Assembly (NCBI GenBank): GCA_017161705.1
Contig: JADFCW010000002.1
Span: 4,528-68,527 of the forward strand
DNA length: 64,000 nt
Reading direction: 5' to 3'
Source: Candidatus Sumerlaeota bacterium
GTDB taxonomy: Bacteria; Sumerlaeota; Sumerlaeia; JADFCW01
Below are positions 9,218-20,465 of the stretch, in pieces. A program made the translations under genes and the position numbers. The notes under the pieces are model-generated. The model was not told where the DNA came from, did not search any database, and saw only the letters and a program-made list of their open reading frames with translations. How positions within the stretch are numbered: position 1 is the stretch's first letter; every line of letters begins with the position of its first letter.

Positions 9218-10216
9218 ATGGCTACGGGGAATCGTCGGGAATGCATGATGAGCCTATTCGGGGCCGGAGCGGCCATGACAGCCGGGAAGGTTGTCGCGCC
9301 GCAGAATGCCGCCGCCCATCCGCGCCCCGAAAAGAACGCCATCTCGCTGGCGCTGTGGTCTCTGGTGCAGAGTTTTCGGGCGGGCGTCTGGAAACTCACC
9401 GACGTCGCCCAGATCGTCCGCAAAGACTTCGGCCTCGACGGCATCGAATACGTGAACCAGTTCTTCGAAAATCCTGTCGAGCCCTATCTGCGCCAACTCA
9501 ACAAGGCTGCCAGGGACAACGGCGTCCAGAACGTCCTGATCATGGTGGACAACGAGGGCGACATGGTGGCGAAGGAAAAGTCCGTGCGCATGCAGGCCGC
9601 GCTCAACCACCGTAAGTGGGTCGAGATCGCGGCAGTGCTCGGCTGCCACGCCATCCGCTGCAACGCGCGCGGCGGCGGCAACTCGATGGCCGAAGACCCC
9701 GACGCCCTCGATCGCGCCGCCGAGGCGTTCGGCGATCTGATCGAGTATGCCAAGCCGTTCAAGATCAATATCCTCATCGAAAACCACGGCGGGCTTTCGT
9801 CCGACCCGCAATGGCTGCCGGCATTGTGCAACAAAATCAACAGCCCCCATTTCGGCTTGTTGCCCGACTACGGCAACTACACGGTCGCCGACGAGGTGGC
9901 GCGAATCGAAGCCGTGCGCAAAGCCATGCCGTTCGCCAAAGGCGTCTCGGTCAAGGCCGGATGGCAGAGCGATCACACGCATCCGGGATACAGCCTCGAG
10001 GCCCTGCTCAAGGTCTCGATGGACTGCGGCTATACAGGATTCTGGGGCATTGAGTCGGGCATGCGCGACGCAGCCGGCAAGGCGGCAGCCAAAGGCAAGA
10101 TGGCAGCCAAAACCCCAACCGGCTCGCCCGACGACGTCAAAAAGCGCGACTGGCAGGCTGTGCTCTGGACCAAGGAAGTGATCGAAAAAGTGGTGTTTGG
10201 GAAAACCCGTGCGTAG
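9218..10216 (+). CDS. Sugar phosphate isomerase/epimerase (xylose isomerase-like TIM barrel), Tat-exported
   Basis: AAGGAGG RBS 7 nt upstream of the ATG. Tat-like N-terminus (NRRECMMSLFGAGAAMTAG). IENHGG-type TIM-barrel motifs. Confidence 0.75.
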   Translation: MATGNRRECMMSLFGAGAAMTAGKVVAPQNAAAHPRPEKNAISLALWSLVQSFRAGVWKLTDVAQIVRKDFGLDGIEYVNQFFENPVEPYLRQLNKAARDNGVQNVLIMVDNEGDMVAKEKSVRMQAALNHRKWVEIAAVLGCHAIRCNARGGGNSMAEDPDALDRAAEAFGDLIEYAKPFKINILIENHGGLSSDPQWLPALCNKINSPHFGLLPDYGNYTVADEVARIEAVRKAMPFAKGVSVKAGWQSDHTHPGYSLEALLKVSMDCGYTGFWGIESGMRDAAGKAAAKGKMAAKTPTGSPDDVKKRDWQAVLWTKEVIEKVVFGKTRA

Positions 10217-10332
10217 TTTATCCGTGGCAGGTCGCATCCCGAAACGCGACCAGGGCGTTTTCCCGGTTGACCGTGGGATCTTTTTTTGATAGCAGTCAGC
10301 CGGCAGTTCAAAACCCCTCAGGAGGAATGAGT

Positions 10333-10854
10333 ATGAAATGTCTTCATCGGTCCGGCTGGATTGTGCTTCCCCTGCTTCTTCTTGGTCTTTCGTGCGGCGG
10401 GGAAAAGGCGACCGAGCGCGCCATCGAACGTCAGATTGAAAAAGCCAGCGGCGGCAAAGCCAAGGTGGACCTGTCCAAGGATAAGATGACCATCAAAACC
10501 AAAGAGGGCGAGATGGCTATCTCTCAGAGCGGTGCCGTGGACATTCCCGCCGATTTTCCCAAGGACGTGCTCGTCTATAAGGGCGCGGTGGTCAAAATGG
10601 TTTTCAAACAAGATAAAGGCGTCTCCATGCTTCTTGAAACCGCTGATGACGTCAAAAAAGTCGCTCAAGCATATCAGGCCGATATGAAAGCCAACGGCTG
10701 GCAGGAGGTCGGCTCGATGCCCATGGCCGACGGAGCCACGCTCAATTACGAAAAAGGCAAGGACAACGAAAAGCGTAATGTAATCGTAGGCATCGGACGG
10801 GGCGACGACGAAGGCAAGACCCACATCACGCTTACGGTTGCCGCAGAAGAATAG
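10333..10854 (+). CDS. Small lipoprotein of unknown function
   Basis: AGGAGG RBS 7 nt upstream. Lipobox LLLLGLSCGG. Lys/Asp-rich soluble domain. Confidence 0.55.
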   Translation: MKCLHRSGWIVLPLLLLGLSCGGEKATERAIERQIEKASGGKAKVDLSKDKMTIKTKEGEMAISQSGAVDIPADFPKDVLVYKGAVVKMVFKQDKGVSMLLETADDVKKVAQAYQADMKANGWQEVGSMPMADGATLNYEKGKDNEKRNVIVGIGRGDDEGKTHITLTVAAEE

Positions 10855-11113
10855 GCCCGCGCCCTCTCAGCGCCAAATCGCTTTGCGTTCAAGACAAGTT
10901 CCACGGCAGCGCCCTTGCATCAACCAATCCTTGAGTCGGCCCGTCCGCTCGACGTAATCATCGTTTCGATCAGGAAGACGGGAACACACGGCCATGCCAA
11001 AGGTTCCGAAGAGAATTCTCGTATGACACCTGACAGTGGCGATCTGCTTCGAAGCGCAAAACCGCGAATCCGCGCGGCGATAGCTCTCATCGCTCTCCCG
11101 CCGCCATAGTGCC

Positions 11114-12064
11114 ATGCCCTCGCCTTCGGCGACAATCTCCGAGACGCGCAGCAGGCAGATTTTCATCGGCCCCGCGGGCTGGAGTTATGAGGACTGGGAG
11201 GGCGTGGTGTATCCGCCGAAACCGCCGCGCGGCTTTCTCCCGCTGGGGTTTTTGGCCCGCTACTTCAATGCGGTGGAAATCAACACAACCTTTTATCATC
11301 TCCCGCCGCCGAGCCATTGCCAGAAGTGGATTTCGGCAATCGAGCCTTTCGAGGGCTTTCTTTTCACGATCAAACTCTGGCAGGAGTTCACACACATTCG
11401 AGCAAGGCTCGATTCGGCCGCCCTCCGGCGCTGGCATGCGGCGATGGAGCCTTTTCGCCGCGCCGGACGCCTGGGCGCCGTCCTCGTTCAATTCCCCTGG
11501 TCGTTCAAGCGAACGCCGCCCAATGCCCGCTATCTCGAACAGCTGGCCGACGCCCTGGCGCCGGACCCTCTCGCCATCGAAATGCGCCACGACACCTGGA
11601 ACCATCCCGACTATCTGGCATGGCTGCGCGAGCGCGGCCTCGCTTTCTGCAACATTGATCAGCCGCAGCTCGAAGGCTGCCTGCCGCCGACGGACCATGT
11701 CACCGCGCCCATTGCCTACGCCCGCCTCCATGGCCGCAACGTCGGCAATTGGTTCCGGGAAGGCGCCGGAGTGATCGAGCGCTACAACTATCTCTACTCC
11801 AACGAGGAACTCAGCGATTGGAAGGAGCGTTTCCGCCGGCTGATCGAAAAGGCCGAGAAGGTGTTTGTCATTACCAACAATCATACCGAAGGCCGCGCCG
11901 TGGCCAACGCATTGCAAATCCGTGCGATGCTGAGCGACGCGAAAGTGGCCGCGCCGCCCTTGCTGGTTCGGCGCTATCCCCAGATTGCGGAATACGTCTC
12001 ACCGCCGCCGGACGAGGCGGAAACCTCTCCGCCGGGCGAAGCGGAACAACTGTCGCTGCTGTAG
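11114..12064 (+). CDS. DUF72 (YecE-like) family protein
   Basis: N-terminal IFIGPAGWSYEDW and NAVEINTTFYHLP match the DUF72 signature. Confidence 0.75.
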   Translation: MPSPSATISETRSRQIFIGPAGWSYEDWEGVVYPPKPPRGFLPLGFLARYFNAVEINTTFYHLPPPSHCQKWISAIEPFEGFLFTIKLWQEFTHIRARLDSAALRRWHAAMEPFRRAGRLGAVLVQFPWSFKRTPPNARYLEQLADALAPDPLAIEMRHDTWNHPDYLAWLRERGLAFCNIDQPQLEGCLPPTDHVTAPIAYARLHGRNVGNWFREGAGVIERYNYLYSNEELSDWKERFRRLIEKAEKVFVITNNHTEGRAVANALQIRAMLSDAKVAAPPLLVRRYPQIAEYVSPPPDEAETSPPGEAEQLSLL

Positions 12065-12106
12065 GGAATCCGGCATGCAAGACGGAAGAGACCGCGCTGC
12101 CGGCGC

Positions 12107-12850
12107 TTACGATGCCGGTTTGCGCAACAAGGCGACCAGACTAACGCCGAAAGGAAAATCCATCTGTCGCAGCCAGCGAGCCTCCAGATTCAGCAGTCCG
12201 ATCAGCAGCCGATTCAATTCCTGTGGAAGTCGGATGAGGTGAGTCTTGGGTTTTCCGCGCGGTTTCAACGCCCGTTGAACCAACCGGAATACAGCAATTG
12301 GCGGTAGCAGAAGTGTGATGGCCGACGTGAACCGGATGACCTGGAAGTCGCTGGTTTGGATCAGCGACCAGAAGGATGTGCGTGTATAGCGTCGCCGGTG
12401 ATGCAGCGCCTCGTCATGCTCGCTCCAAAGAAATGGATAGGCCGGAACGGTGATCAGGAGATGTCCGCCGGGCCGGCAAACTCTGGCCAGTTCGGCCAGA
12501 AGCGCCCGGTCGTCGTCTATGTGTTCGAACAGATCGAGCGCGAGCAGAAGATCGAACTGCGCGCTGCGAAACGGAAGCGTTTCGACGCGTGCACACACAA
12601 GCCGGTCGAGGCCTCGCTGGGTGCAGAACTGCATGGCCCGGGTCGAGAAATCCACGCCAACAGGCCGGCCAAACGGACGGAGGGCTTCGAGCAAAAGACC
12701 CGTGCCACAGCCGACGTCCAGCATGGCCAGCGGCCGGAGACCCAACGGTGTGTGATGTTTGAGCAGCTCGAGAACAATTTGCTTTCGGCCCTGAAACCAC
12801 CAGTAGGTGTTTTCGAGGGAATACATTCGCTCATATTCTTCGGCGCGCAT
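12107..12850 (-). CDS. Class I SAM-dependent methyltransferase
   Basis: Glycine loop [10 protein letters not shown], acidic LDLFEHI motif, GGGAGG RBS. Confidence 0.75.
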   Translation of the reverse strand: MRAEEYERMYSLENTYWWFQGRKQIVLELLKHHTPLGLRPLAMLDVGCGTGLLLEALRPFGRPVGVDFSTRAMQFCTQRGLDRLVCARVETLPFRSAQFDLLLALDLFEHIDDDRALLAELARVCRPGGHLLITVPAYPFLWSEHDEALHHRRRYTRTSFWSLIQTSDFQVIRFTSAITLLLPPIAVFRLVQRALKPRGKPKTHLIRLPQELNRLLIGLLNLEARWLRQMDFPFGVSLVALLRKPAS

Positions 12851-13024
12851 GAGGCCTCCCGCCCAGATGCCGTTGCCGACAATGCAACGGCCTTGGCGGC
12901 TGCGCTGTCAAGACGGCAGAAACATCTCTGCAAAAACCTCTCTGCTCGGCCTGCAAAAGAGTTGACATACATCCGGCCGATTGTGGCAAAAAAGCATAAG
13001 TTGGACTCTGAAGGGAGGAAAAAA

Positions 13025-13186
13025 ATGAAAAAATATCGCTGCACCCTCTGCGACTATATCTACGACCCGGCGGTCGGCGACCCCGAAGGGGGAATCGCTG
13101 CAGGCACCCCGTTCGAGGAAATTCCCGACAGCTGGGTGTGTCCGCTGTGCGGGGCCAGCAAAGAGGACTTCGAGCCGCTGGAATAG
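13025..13186 (+). CDS. Rubredoxin
   Basis: 53 aa with the two rubredoxin knuckles CTLCDY...CPLCG and a GGGAGG RBS. It is the only credible part of the 276 aa track ORF 12356-13186. Confidence 0.85.
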   Translation: MKKYRCTLCDYIYDPAVGDPEGGIAAGTPFEEIPDSWVCPLCGASKEDFEPLE

Positions 13187-13188
13187 CG

Positions 13189-14407
<1,219 letters not shown>

Positions 14408-14502
14408 TTCGCCGCGACACAGCGATCGAAAGAAGGGTTTTCATCTCCCTCAATCGCGATGCGGGAAACCGCCCCGCTGGCTTTCTGAAAAACGCAGCAC
14501 AC

Positions 14503-14599
14503 GAAAGTGTGAACGACATGCAACCCAGTGAAGATTGAATTACCAACAGCACACTAAAGTGTGAACTACAAACGGCAAACTGAAGTTTGAACTACGAGC
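14503..14599 (-). repeat. Inverted copies (about 2 units) of the GTAGTTCA/CTTCAG repeat
   Basis: The reverse complement reads GCTCGTAGTTCAAACTTCAGTTTGCCGTTTGTAGTTCACACTTTAGTGTG..., nearly identical to the tandem unit at 53570-53673. Confidence 0.65.
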
Positions 14600-14620
14600 T
14601 TATTCCATTCGTCTGCCAAG

Positions 14621-15742
14621 CTACAGAATCAACATCGCGTCGCCGTAGCTGTAAAAACGATAGCCCGAAGCGATCGCCTCTGCATAGGCCCGCAGCACCG
14701 GCTTGCAGCCGGCAAAGGCACAAACCAGAAGCAGCAGGGACGATCTGGGCAAGTGAAAGTTGGTCACCAGCGCATCGGCCAGCCGAAACGAGTATCCCGG
14801 CGCGATTAACAACTGCGTTGTGCCGCTGCCGGCCGCCGGAAGTCCGTCGGCATCGCAGGCCGACTCCAGCACCCGCACAGAAGTGGTGCCGACGGGGATA
14901 ATCCGCCGGCCTTCGCTGCGGGCGCGGCGGATCCGCGCGGCCTCTTCCGAAGCAATGTTGTAGGCCTCTTCGTGAAGCCGGCCCGTCGCCAGGTGCTCCT
15001 CGGTCAGCGGCTGAAAGGTGCCGGGCCCGACGTGAAGCGTCACGCGGGCAAATTCGATACCGCGCGACTCGAGGTCGCGCAGCAAAGTTTCGGTAAAGTG
15101 CAAACCGGCGGTCGGGGCGGCCACCGAGCCGGGCTGTGCCGCATAGACGGTCTGATAGCGCACGCGGTCGTCGGGCGTGTCTTCCGGTGCTTCGCGGGCT
15201 TGTTTGCGGGCCTTGAGAATATAAGGCGGAAGCGGCGTGTGGCCGTAGTGCTCCAGAAGCGTCTGCCAGTCGGTGCCGCGGGTGTCGAACTCGATGATGC
15301 GCTCGCCCTTGCCCGCATAGCCGACAACTTGCGCGTCGAACTGGCCGGGGGCAATGACGAGACGGTCGCCCGTGTGCACTTTCTTTCCGGGGTGAACCAG
15401 CGCGCGCCAACGATGGACGGCCGGGTGGCCGGAATGGTCGGTCGAACCGTTTGCAGCAGAAGGGCCGCACCCGCCGATCGCAGGCGAAACCAGAAAGATT
15501 TCCACTTTGCCACCGCCCGGCAGGCGATGGGCATAAAGCCGCGCGGGGATCACCCGGCTGTCGTTGAGCACCAGCAGGTCGCCCGCGCGGAGAAACTCGC
15601 CGATGTCGCGAAATTGCCGATGGTAAATGGCGCCGGTCGCGCGGTCGAGCACCAGCAGGCGCGACTCATCGCGGCGTTCGGCCGGATGCCGCGCAATGCG
15701 GTCAGGCGGAAGATCGTAGGAGCAAACTATTGAGTTTATCAT
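14621..15742 (-). CDS. queA: S-adenosylmethionine:tRNA ribosyltransferase-isomerase
   Basis: Start trimmed to MINSIV...DLPPDRIARHP. The protein is collinear with QueA (LLVLD..., HVGPGTF, LPRS). Confidence 0.9.
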   Translation of the reverse strand: MINSIVCSYDLPPDRIARHPAERRDESRLLVLDRATGAIYHRQFRDIGEFLRAGDLLVLNDSRVIPARLYAHRLPGGGKVEIFLVSPAIGGCGPSAANGSTDHSGHPAVHRWRALVHPGKKVHTGDRLVIAPGQFDAQVVGYAGKGERIIEFDTRGTDWQTLLEHYGHTPLPPYILKARKQAREAPEDTPDDRVRYQTVYAAQPGSVAAPTAGLHFTETLLRDLESRGIEFARVTLHVGPGTFQPLTEEHLATGRLHEEAYNIASEEAARIRRARSEGRRIIPVGTTSVRVLESACDADGLPAAGSGTTQLLIAPGYSFRLADALVTNFHLPRSSLLLLVCAFAGCKPVLRAYAEAIASGYRFYSYGDAMLIL

Positions 15743-15848
15743 GCACAGGCGCGGCGCAGTCAAGATGACTCGAGCGTGGCGAATTGAGAAAGAGTTGTCA
15801 ATCGAGTCCGGATGACCAGCCCTTCTTTCACCCGGACTGTATTTTCGC

Positions 15849-17321
15849 TTGATGATGGCTGCAGAATGCGGAAAGGAAGTCGTGCGACAGAAGACAAACG
15901 CAATATCAGGAGATCAACTCGTGTATCTGGAATTCTGGGGGGCGGCGAGGTCCACAACGGGAACGTTGCATTTGCTGGAGATCAACGGCCGGCGTTTTGC
16001 GCTCGATTGCGGCCTGTTTCAAGGGCGTCGCGAGGAAACTTGGCGGCGCAACAAAGATTTCCCTTACCCGCCCGAAAGTTTCGAGGCCGTGGTGCTGTCT
16101 CATGCGCATATTGACCACAGCGGCAACCTGCCCAATCTGGCCAAACAGGGCTTTACCGGCAAAGTGTTTGCCACGTCCGCAACGGCCGACTTGTGCGAGG
16201 TAATGCTGCGCGACAGCGCACACGTGCAGGAGCAGGACATCGCCTATGTGAACAAGCAGAAAGCGAAGCGGGGCGAAAAACCGTTCAAAGTCCTCTACAC
16301 GCACGACGACGTCGAGCGCGTCCTGAGCCGGTTTGTCAGCGAATCCTATGGCCGCGCTTTTCCGGTATCCGACGGACTCGAGTGCACCTATCTGGATGCC
16401 GGCCATATTCTCGGCTCGGCGATTGTCGTCCTGGATGCCCGGGAAAATTCCGTCCGGCGGCGAATTGTCTTCACCGGCGATTTGGGCCGCCGCAATCTGC
16501 CCATTCTCCGCGACCCGGAAATTCCCGACTGGGCCGATGTTCTCATCCTCGAAAGCACCTACGGCAACCGCCGCCACGAGGACATCTCGACCTGTCAGGA
16601 CAAGTTGCGGCAGATCATCGAGCGGGTGGTCGAGCGCGGCGGCAAGATCATCGTGCCGGCGTTTGCGGTCGGGCGTTCGCAGGAGTTTGTCTATTGTCTT
16701 CATCAACTATTCAACGCAGGGCATCTGCCGCGTATTCCGATCTATGTGGACAGCCCGCTGGCTGTCCGTGCTACGGAAATCTTTCGCAGCCATCCGGAGT
16801 GCTACGACGCCGAGACGCAGGCAATGACCGACCGGCGCGATGATGCGTTTGGTTTTGCCGGCGTGCGCTATGTCGAGACGGTCGAGGAATCCAAATCGCT
16901 GAATGCGCAACCGGGGCCGTATATTATCATTTCCGCCTCGGGCATGTGCGAAGCCGGCCGCATCCTGCATCATCTCAAGAACAACATCGAAGACCCGAAG
17001 AACTGTGTGTTGGTCATTGGCTACATGGCCGAAAACACTTTGGGGCGAAAGATTGTCGAACGGCAAAGCGAGGTGAAAATCTTCGGCGAGCCGTATCAGC
17101 TGCGCGCCGAGGTGGCGATTATGAACGCCTTCAGCGCCCATGCCGATTCGGAGGAATTATTCGGCTTTGCGCAGACCCTTGCCGAGGGCGGGCGGCTCAG
17201 GCACATCTTCGTCGTCCACGGCGAGCCGGAGCGTTCCACGCCGCTGGTCGAGCGATTGCGCGCCGAACTGGGCGGGGTTCAGGTACACTATCCGGAGCGC
17301 GGAGCGCGGTATGAGCTGTGA
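15849..17321 (+). CDS. MBL-fold beta-CASP family metallo-hydrolase (RNA-metabolising, RNase J/CPSF-like)
   Basis: HAHIDHSGNLP (HxHxDH) and downstream beta-CASP region. Its stop overlaps the GTG of the next gene (GTGA). Confidence 0.75.
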   Translation: MMMAAECGKEVVRQKTNAISGDQLVYLEFWGAARSTTGTLHLLEINGRRFALDCGLFQGRREETWRRNKDFPYPPESFEAVVLSHAHIDHSGNLPNLAKQGFTGKVFATSATADLCEVMLRDSAHVQEQDIAYVNKQKAKRGEKPFKVLYTHDDVERVLSRFVSESYGRAFPVSDGLECTYLDAGHILGSAIVVLDARENSVRRRIVFTGDLGRRNLPILRDPEIPDWADVLILESTYGNRRHEDISTCQDKLRQIIERVVERGGKIIVPAFAVGRSQEFVYCLHQLFNAGHLPRIPIYVDSPLAVRATEIFRSHPECYDAETQAMTDRRDDAFGFAGVRYVETVEESKSLNAQPGPYIIISASGMCEAGRILHHLKNNIEDPKNCVLVIGYMAENTLGRKIVERQSEVKIFGEPYQLRAEVAIMNAFSAHADSEELFGFAQTLAEGGRLRHIFVVHGEPERSTPLVERLRAELGGVQVHYPERGARYEL

Positions 17322-19558
17322 ACCAACTTCAGGGTAAACACATGGTGCGGCGAACAGATATCCTCTGGTCGGTGCTGATTGGCTGTGGGGCAACACTGCT
17401 GGCGTTGGCCATAACCGACACTGCGGCGCTGTTTCAAGCCCGGGGCTTCCTGCATCAATTTCGCGGACCCACCGAGCTGAGCGAATGGATGCCGACCGTG
17501 CCGTTCATTCTGGCCGGTGTGCGGATTGTCTTGTTCCATGTATTGTTTGGATGCGCGGTAGGTGCCGCGCTGTACGCCATCGTCTGCGTGTTGGGATCGC
17601 AAAAAAACGCCGGCGGCCGGTGGGAGATCGCCCGCGCCAGTTACTATCCTGCTTTTCTTTCGGCGCTGGCGCTCGTGCTGCTCTATCTTCATGGCCGCGC
17701 AATGCTGATCTATCCGGGGCTGTTTGATTCCTCCTGGCGATGGGCCGCGCTGGCCGCTTCGCCGACGGTGGTAACCTTATATGGTGTGGCGGGGAAAGCT
17801 GCTCTGGCCATTGTGTTGGTGGCTGCCGTGAATAGGCGGCGCGCGGAAATTGCCGGATGGCTGCAACGGCGAAAACGGCCTTTGGCGGGAGCCGTCCTTC
17901 TGCTGGCGACTGTCCTTGCGGGCCGCGCATGGCTGAACCGAACGCCCAATGAGAATCGCGGGCCGAATGTGATTATTCTCGGTATGGACTCGTTGCGGCC
18001 GGACCATGTGTCGGGTTTGGGCTATGGCCGAAAGACCACGCCGAATCTCGATCGCTTTCTCGCCGAGGCGACTGTCTTCACGCACACCTTCGCTCCGCTG
18101 GCCCGCACGGGCCCTGCGTGGATCAGCATCTTGACCGGCTGCTATCCCACGCGGCACGGCCACCGCGACGACTTGCCGCCGAAAGAGGAGCGAATCCCGC
18201 CGGTCGCCAACCTCGCGCAGCACCTGAAAGGACTGGGCTATGAAACGGCATTCTTTCTGGACAATACGAACTTCATGTGGATGGAGCCGGAGATGGGCTT
18301 CGACCACATCGGCCAACCACGGCCCAACGTCGTGTGGTTCGGGATGAGTTTTCTGCCGTTTCACTTTCCGCTCTACTACTATTGCCTGAACAACCCGGCA
18401 GGATTTCTCTATGAGCCGATGCTCCGTGCCAATCAGGCGTTCTACCCGGTCTATGACTGGCGCTATTTTGCGCGCGACATTGTGCGGCGCCTGAAGCGCA
18501 TGAAAGGCAGCGAGAAGTTTTTCCTCGCCGCTCATACCTGCATCGGCCACGCACCGTTCGCCGTCCGCTATCCCTACTCGACGTACTTTTCGCCGCCGCC
18601 GCCGACCCCCTCGAATCGCTTTGTCTTCCGCTGGCCGTTCGAGCGAGTCCTATCGGAGAAGGAAATCCTCCGCCGAAGCAGGGGCCGCGAGCGCGCGCTT
18701 CTGTTTTCGCAGGAGATCAACCTCTACGACGCGCTGATGCGGCAGAGCGACGACTGGCTGGGGGCGGTGCTCGATGCCCTGCGGCGCCTCGATCTCTACG
18801 ACAACTCGCTGATTGTCGTGCTGGGCGATCACGGCGAGGATTTGTATCGCCCTGATCACGTGTACCAATACATCACATCCAGCCACGGCTTTCACGCCTG
18901 GGGCGACGATAGTTTTCGCGTGCTCATGGCCGTCAAGTTGCCCAGACCGGCCCGCCGCGTCGGCCGCGTGGACCACCTTGTCCGCTTGATAGACGTGGCG
19001 CCGACCATCCTCGACATCCTGCATCTGCCGCCGCTGCCGGATGCCGAAGGCCTCTCCCTTCGGCCCCAGATCGAAGAGCCCGCGCGCGATCCCGGCCTCA
19101 CAGCGTATCAGGAAGCGGGCCTGACGCTGCCCAGCTGGTTTATCCCCGGCCATCGGCTCTATCCGTTCGAGCACTGGGTTCTGTTTCAGTATGTGGACCC
19201 CGAATCGCTTCGCATCTATCGGAAAAAGGAGTATATGCCCGGTTTTGTGATGGCGAAAGACCGCGCGCTGCGCGAAAGCCGCTGGAAGATTGTCGCCTAT
19301 CCCATGCGCGGCGAAGGCCCGCTGCCTTTTCGCACCACTCTGCACGAGGCGGCCTCCGACCCGACCAGCCGCCTCGACGTCGCCTCGTCGCATCCGGCGG
19401 TGCTGGCAGACATGCGCGACCGCCTCGCACCCTATATCGAAGAAGACGCTCGCCGCTACGGTTTCGAATGGCGATGGATGAGCACAACCGAGACCATGAA
19501 ACTGCTGCAGGAAGAGCTTGAAAGGCACCGCAAGCAGGGGAAAGATTTATCAGACTGA
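17318..19558 (+). CDS. Membrane-anchored sulfatase-like hydrolase/transferase (alkaline-phosphatase superfamily, LTA-synthase/EptA-like architecture)
   Basis: Five to six N-terminal TM helices, then NVIILGMDSLRPDH...GCYPTRHG. The GTG at 17318 is coupled to the upstream stop. An alternative ATG is at 17342. Confidence 0.7.
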   Translation: MNQLQGKHMVRRTDILWSVLIGCGATLLALAITDTAALFQARGFLHQFRGPTELSEWMPTVPFILAGVRIVLFHVLFGCAVGAALYAIVCVLGSQKNAGGRWEIARASYYPAFLSALALVLLYLHGRAMLIYPGLFDSSWRWAALAASPTVVTLYGVAGKAALAIVLVAAVNRRRAEIAGWLQRRKRPLAGAVLLLATVLAGRAWLNRTPNENRGPNVIILGMDSLRPDHVSGLGYGRKTTPNLDRFLAEATVFTHTFAPLARTGPAWISILTGCYPTRHGHRDDLPPKEERIPPVANLAQHLKGLGYETAFFLDNTNFMWMEPEMGFDHIGQPRPNVVWFGMSFLPFHFPLYYYCLNNPAGFLYEPMLRANQAFYPVYDWRYFARDIVRRLKRMKGSEKFFLAAHTCIGHAPFAVRYPYSTYFSPPPPTPSNRFVFRWPFERVLSEKEILRRSRGRERALLFSQEINLYDALMRQSDDWLGAVLDALRRLDLYDNSLIVVLGDHGEDLYRPDHVYQYITSSHGFHAWGDDSFRVLMAVKLPRPARRVGRVDHLVRLIDVAPTILDILHLPPLPDAEGLSLRPQIEEPARDPGLTAYQEAGLTLPSWFIPGHRLYPFEHWVLFQYVDPESLRIYRKKEYMPGFVMAKDRALRESRWKIVAYPMRGEGPLPFRTTLHEAASDPTSRLDVASSHPAVLADMRDRLAPYIEEDARRYGFEWRWMSTTETMKLLQEELERHRKQGKDLSD

Positions 19559-19602
19559 TTTGGAGTCGGATGTGATCGGTATGCCGTTCATGCTACATGC
19601 AG

Positions 19603-19650
19603 AGCACACTTCAGTTTGCCGCACGTTCCCCACTCTTCAGTGCGGAACCG
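19603..19650. repeat. Solo copy of the ACTTCAGTTTGCCG motif immediately upstream of the LamG-like gene
   Basis: CACTTCAGTTTGCCGCACGTTCCCCACTCTTCAGTGCGG. A 13-mer is identical to the tandem unit at 53570 and is followed by a second CTTCAG. Lies 25-70 bp before ATG 19674. Confidence 0.4.
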
Positions 19651-19673
19651 CCGCGCAAGAAAGGAGTCGAATC

Positions 19674-20465
19674 ATGAGAATTACCTGCACTGTCTGCATC
19701 GCCCTTGTGGCTGCAACGCTGGGCGCGGGTTTGGCGCAAGCAGCCCGCGCACGTTCAGCAGCATCGGCCGAACCCGCAGCCAAAGACATGGCCCTGGCCC
19801 TGGACACCGGTGCGCATCTGGCCGGCTGGTGGAAGTTCGATGAGACCTCCGGCAAGACCGCTGCGGACGCCTCGAAGCATCGCCGCGACGGCCTGCTCGA
19901 AGGCGGACTCTCGTTTGACACCCATTCGGCACCGGGGCGAATTGGATTGGCGCTCCAGCTGGATGGAAAAGGCTGCGTTCGGATCAGCGGATTCAAGGGG
20001 ATATCCGGCACGCGCCCCCGCACCACGGCCGTGTGGATCAAGACCGATTCCCCCGCGGGCGAGATCGTCTCGTGGGGACTCGGTGATTTCGGCAAAATGT
20101 GGACGATGGGATTCATCCGGTCGCGCGTCGGCGTCACGCCCAAGGGTGGATACTATTACATGAAGATAGGGGTTCACGATAACCAATGGCATCACGTGGC
20201 TGCCGTGGTCAAGCAAGGCTCGCCGCCCAACCTTCACGACCATGTGCGGCTCTACCGCGACGGACTCCCCGCAGAAGTGGACGATATCGGACTTCTGGAC
20301 CTCTGGCCTATTGACACCGGCGAAGAAGAGGATGTAAGAATCGGTCAGAGGTTCAAAGGGCTGCTCGACGATCTTCGCATTTTTGATCGCGCCCTTTCAG
20401 ACGATGAAATCAAAGCCTTGTTCGACAGGGGAAACGATTCCAGGGAGAAAGGAAGGAAACCATGA
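19674..20465 (+). CDS. Secreted LamG/ConA-like jelly-roll domain protein
   Basis: AAGGAG RBS 7 nt upstream. Signal peptide MRITCTVCIALVAATLGAGLAQA. C-terminal LLDDLRIFDRALSDDEIKALF is typical of LamG-type domains. The stop overlaps the next start (ATGA). Confidence 0.6.
   Translation: MRITCTVCIALVAATLGAGLAQAARARSAASAEPAAKDMALALDTGAHLAGWWKFDETSGKTAADASKHRRDGLLEGGLSFDTHSAPGRIGLALQLDGKGCVRISGFKGISGTRPRTTAVWIKTDSPAGEIVSWGLGDFGKMWTMGFIRSRVGVTPKGGYYYMKIGVHDNQWHHVAAVVKQGSPPNLHDHVRLYRDGLPAEVDDIGLLDLWPIDTGEEEDVRIGQRFKGLLDDLRIFDRALSDDEIKALFDRGNDSREKGRKP

Noticed and set aside
12356-13024. N-terminal 223 codons of the 276 aa plus-strand ORF that ends in rubredoxin
   Set aside because: Antisense to the methyltransferase gene. 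Only the last 53 codons have an RBS (GGGAGG) and rubredoxin motifs, so the ORF was trimmed to 13025-13186.
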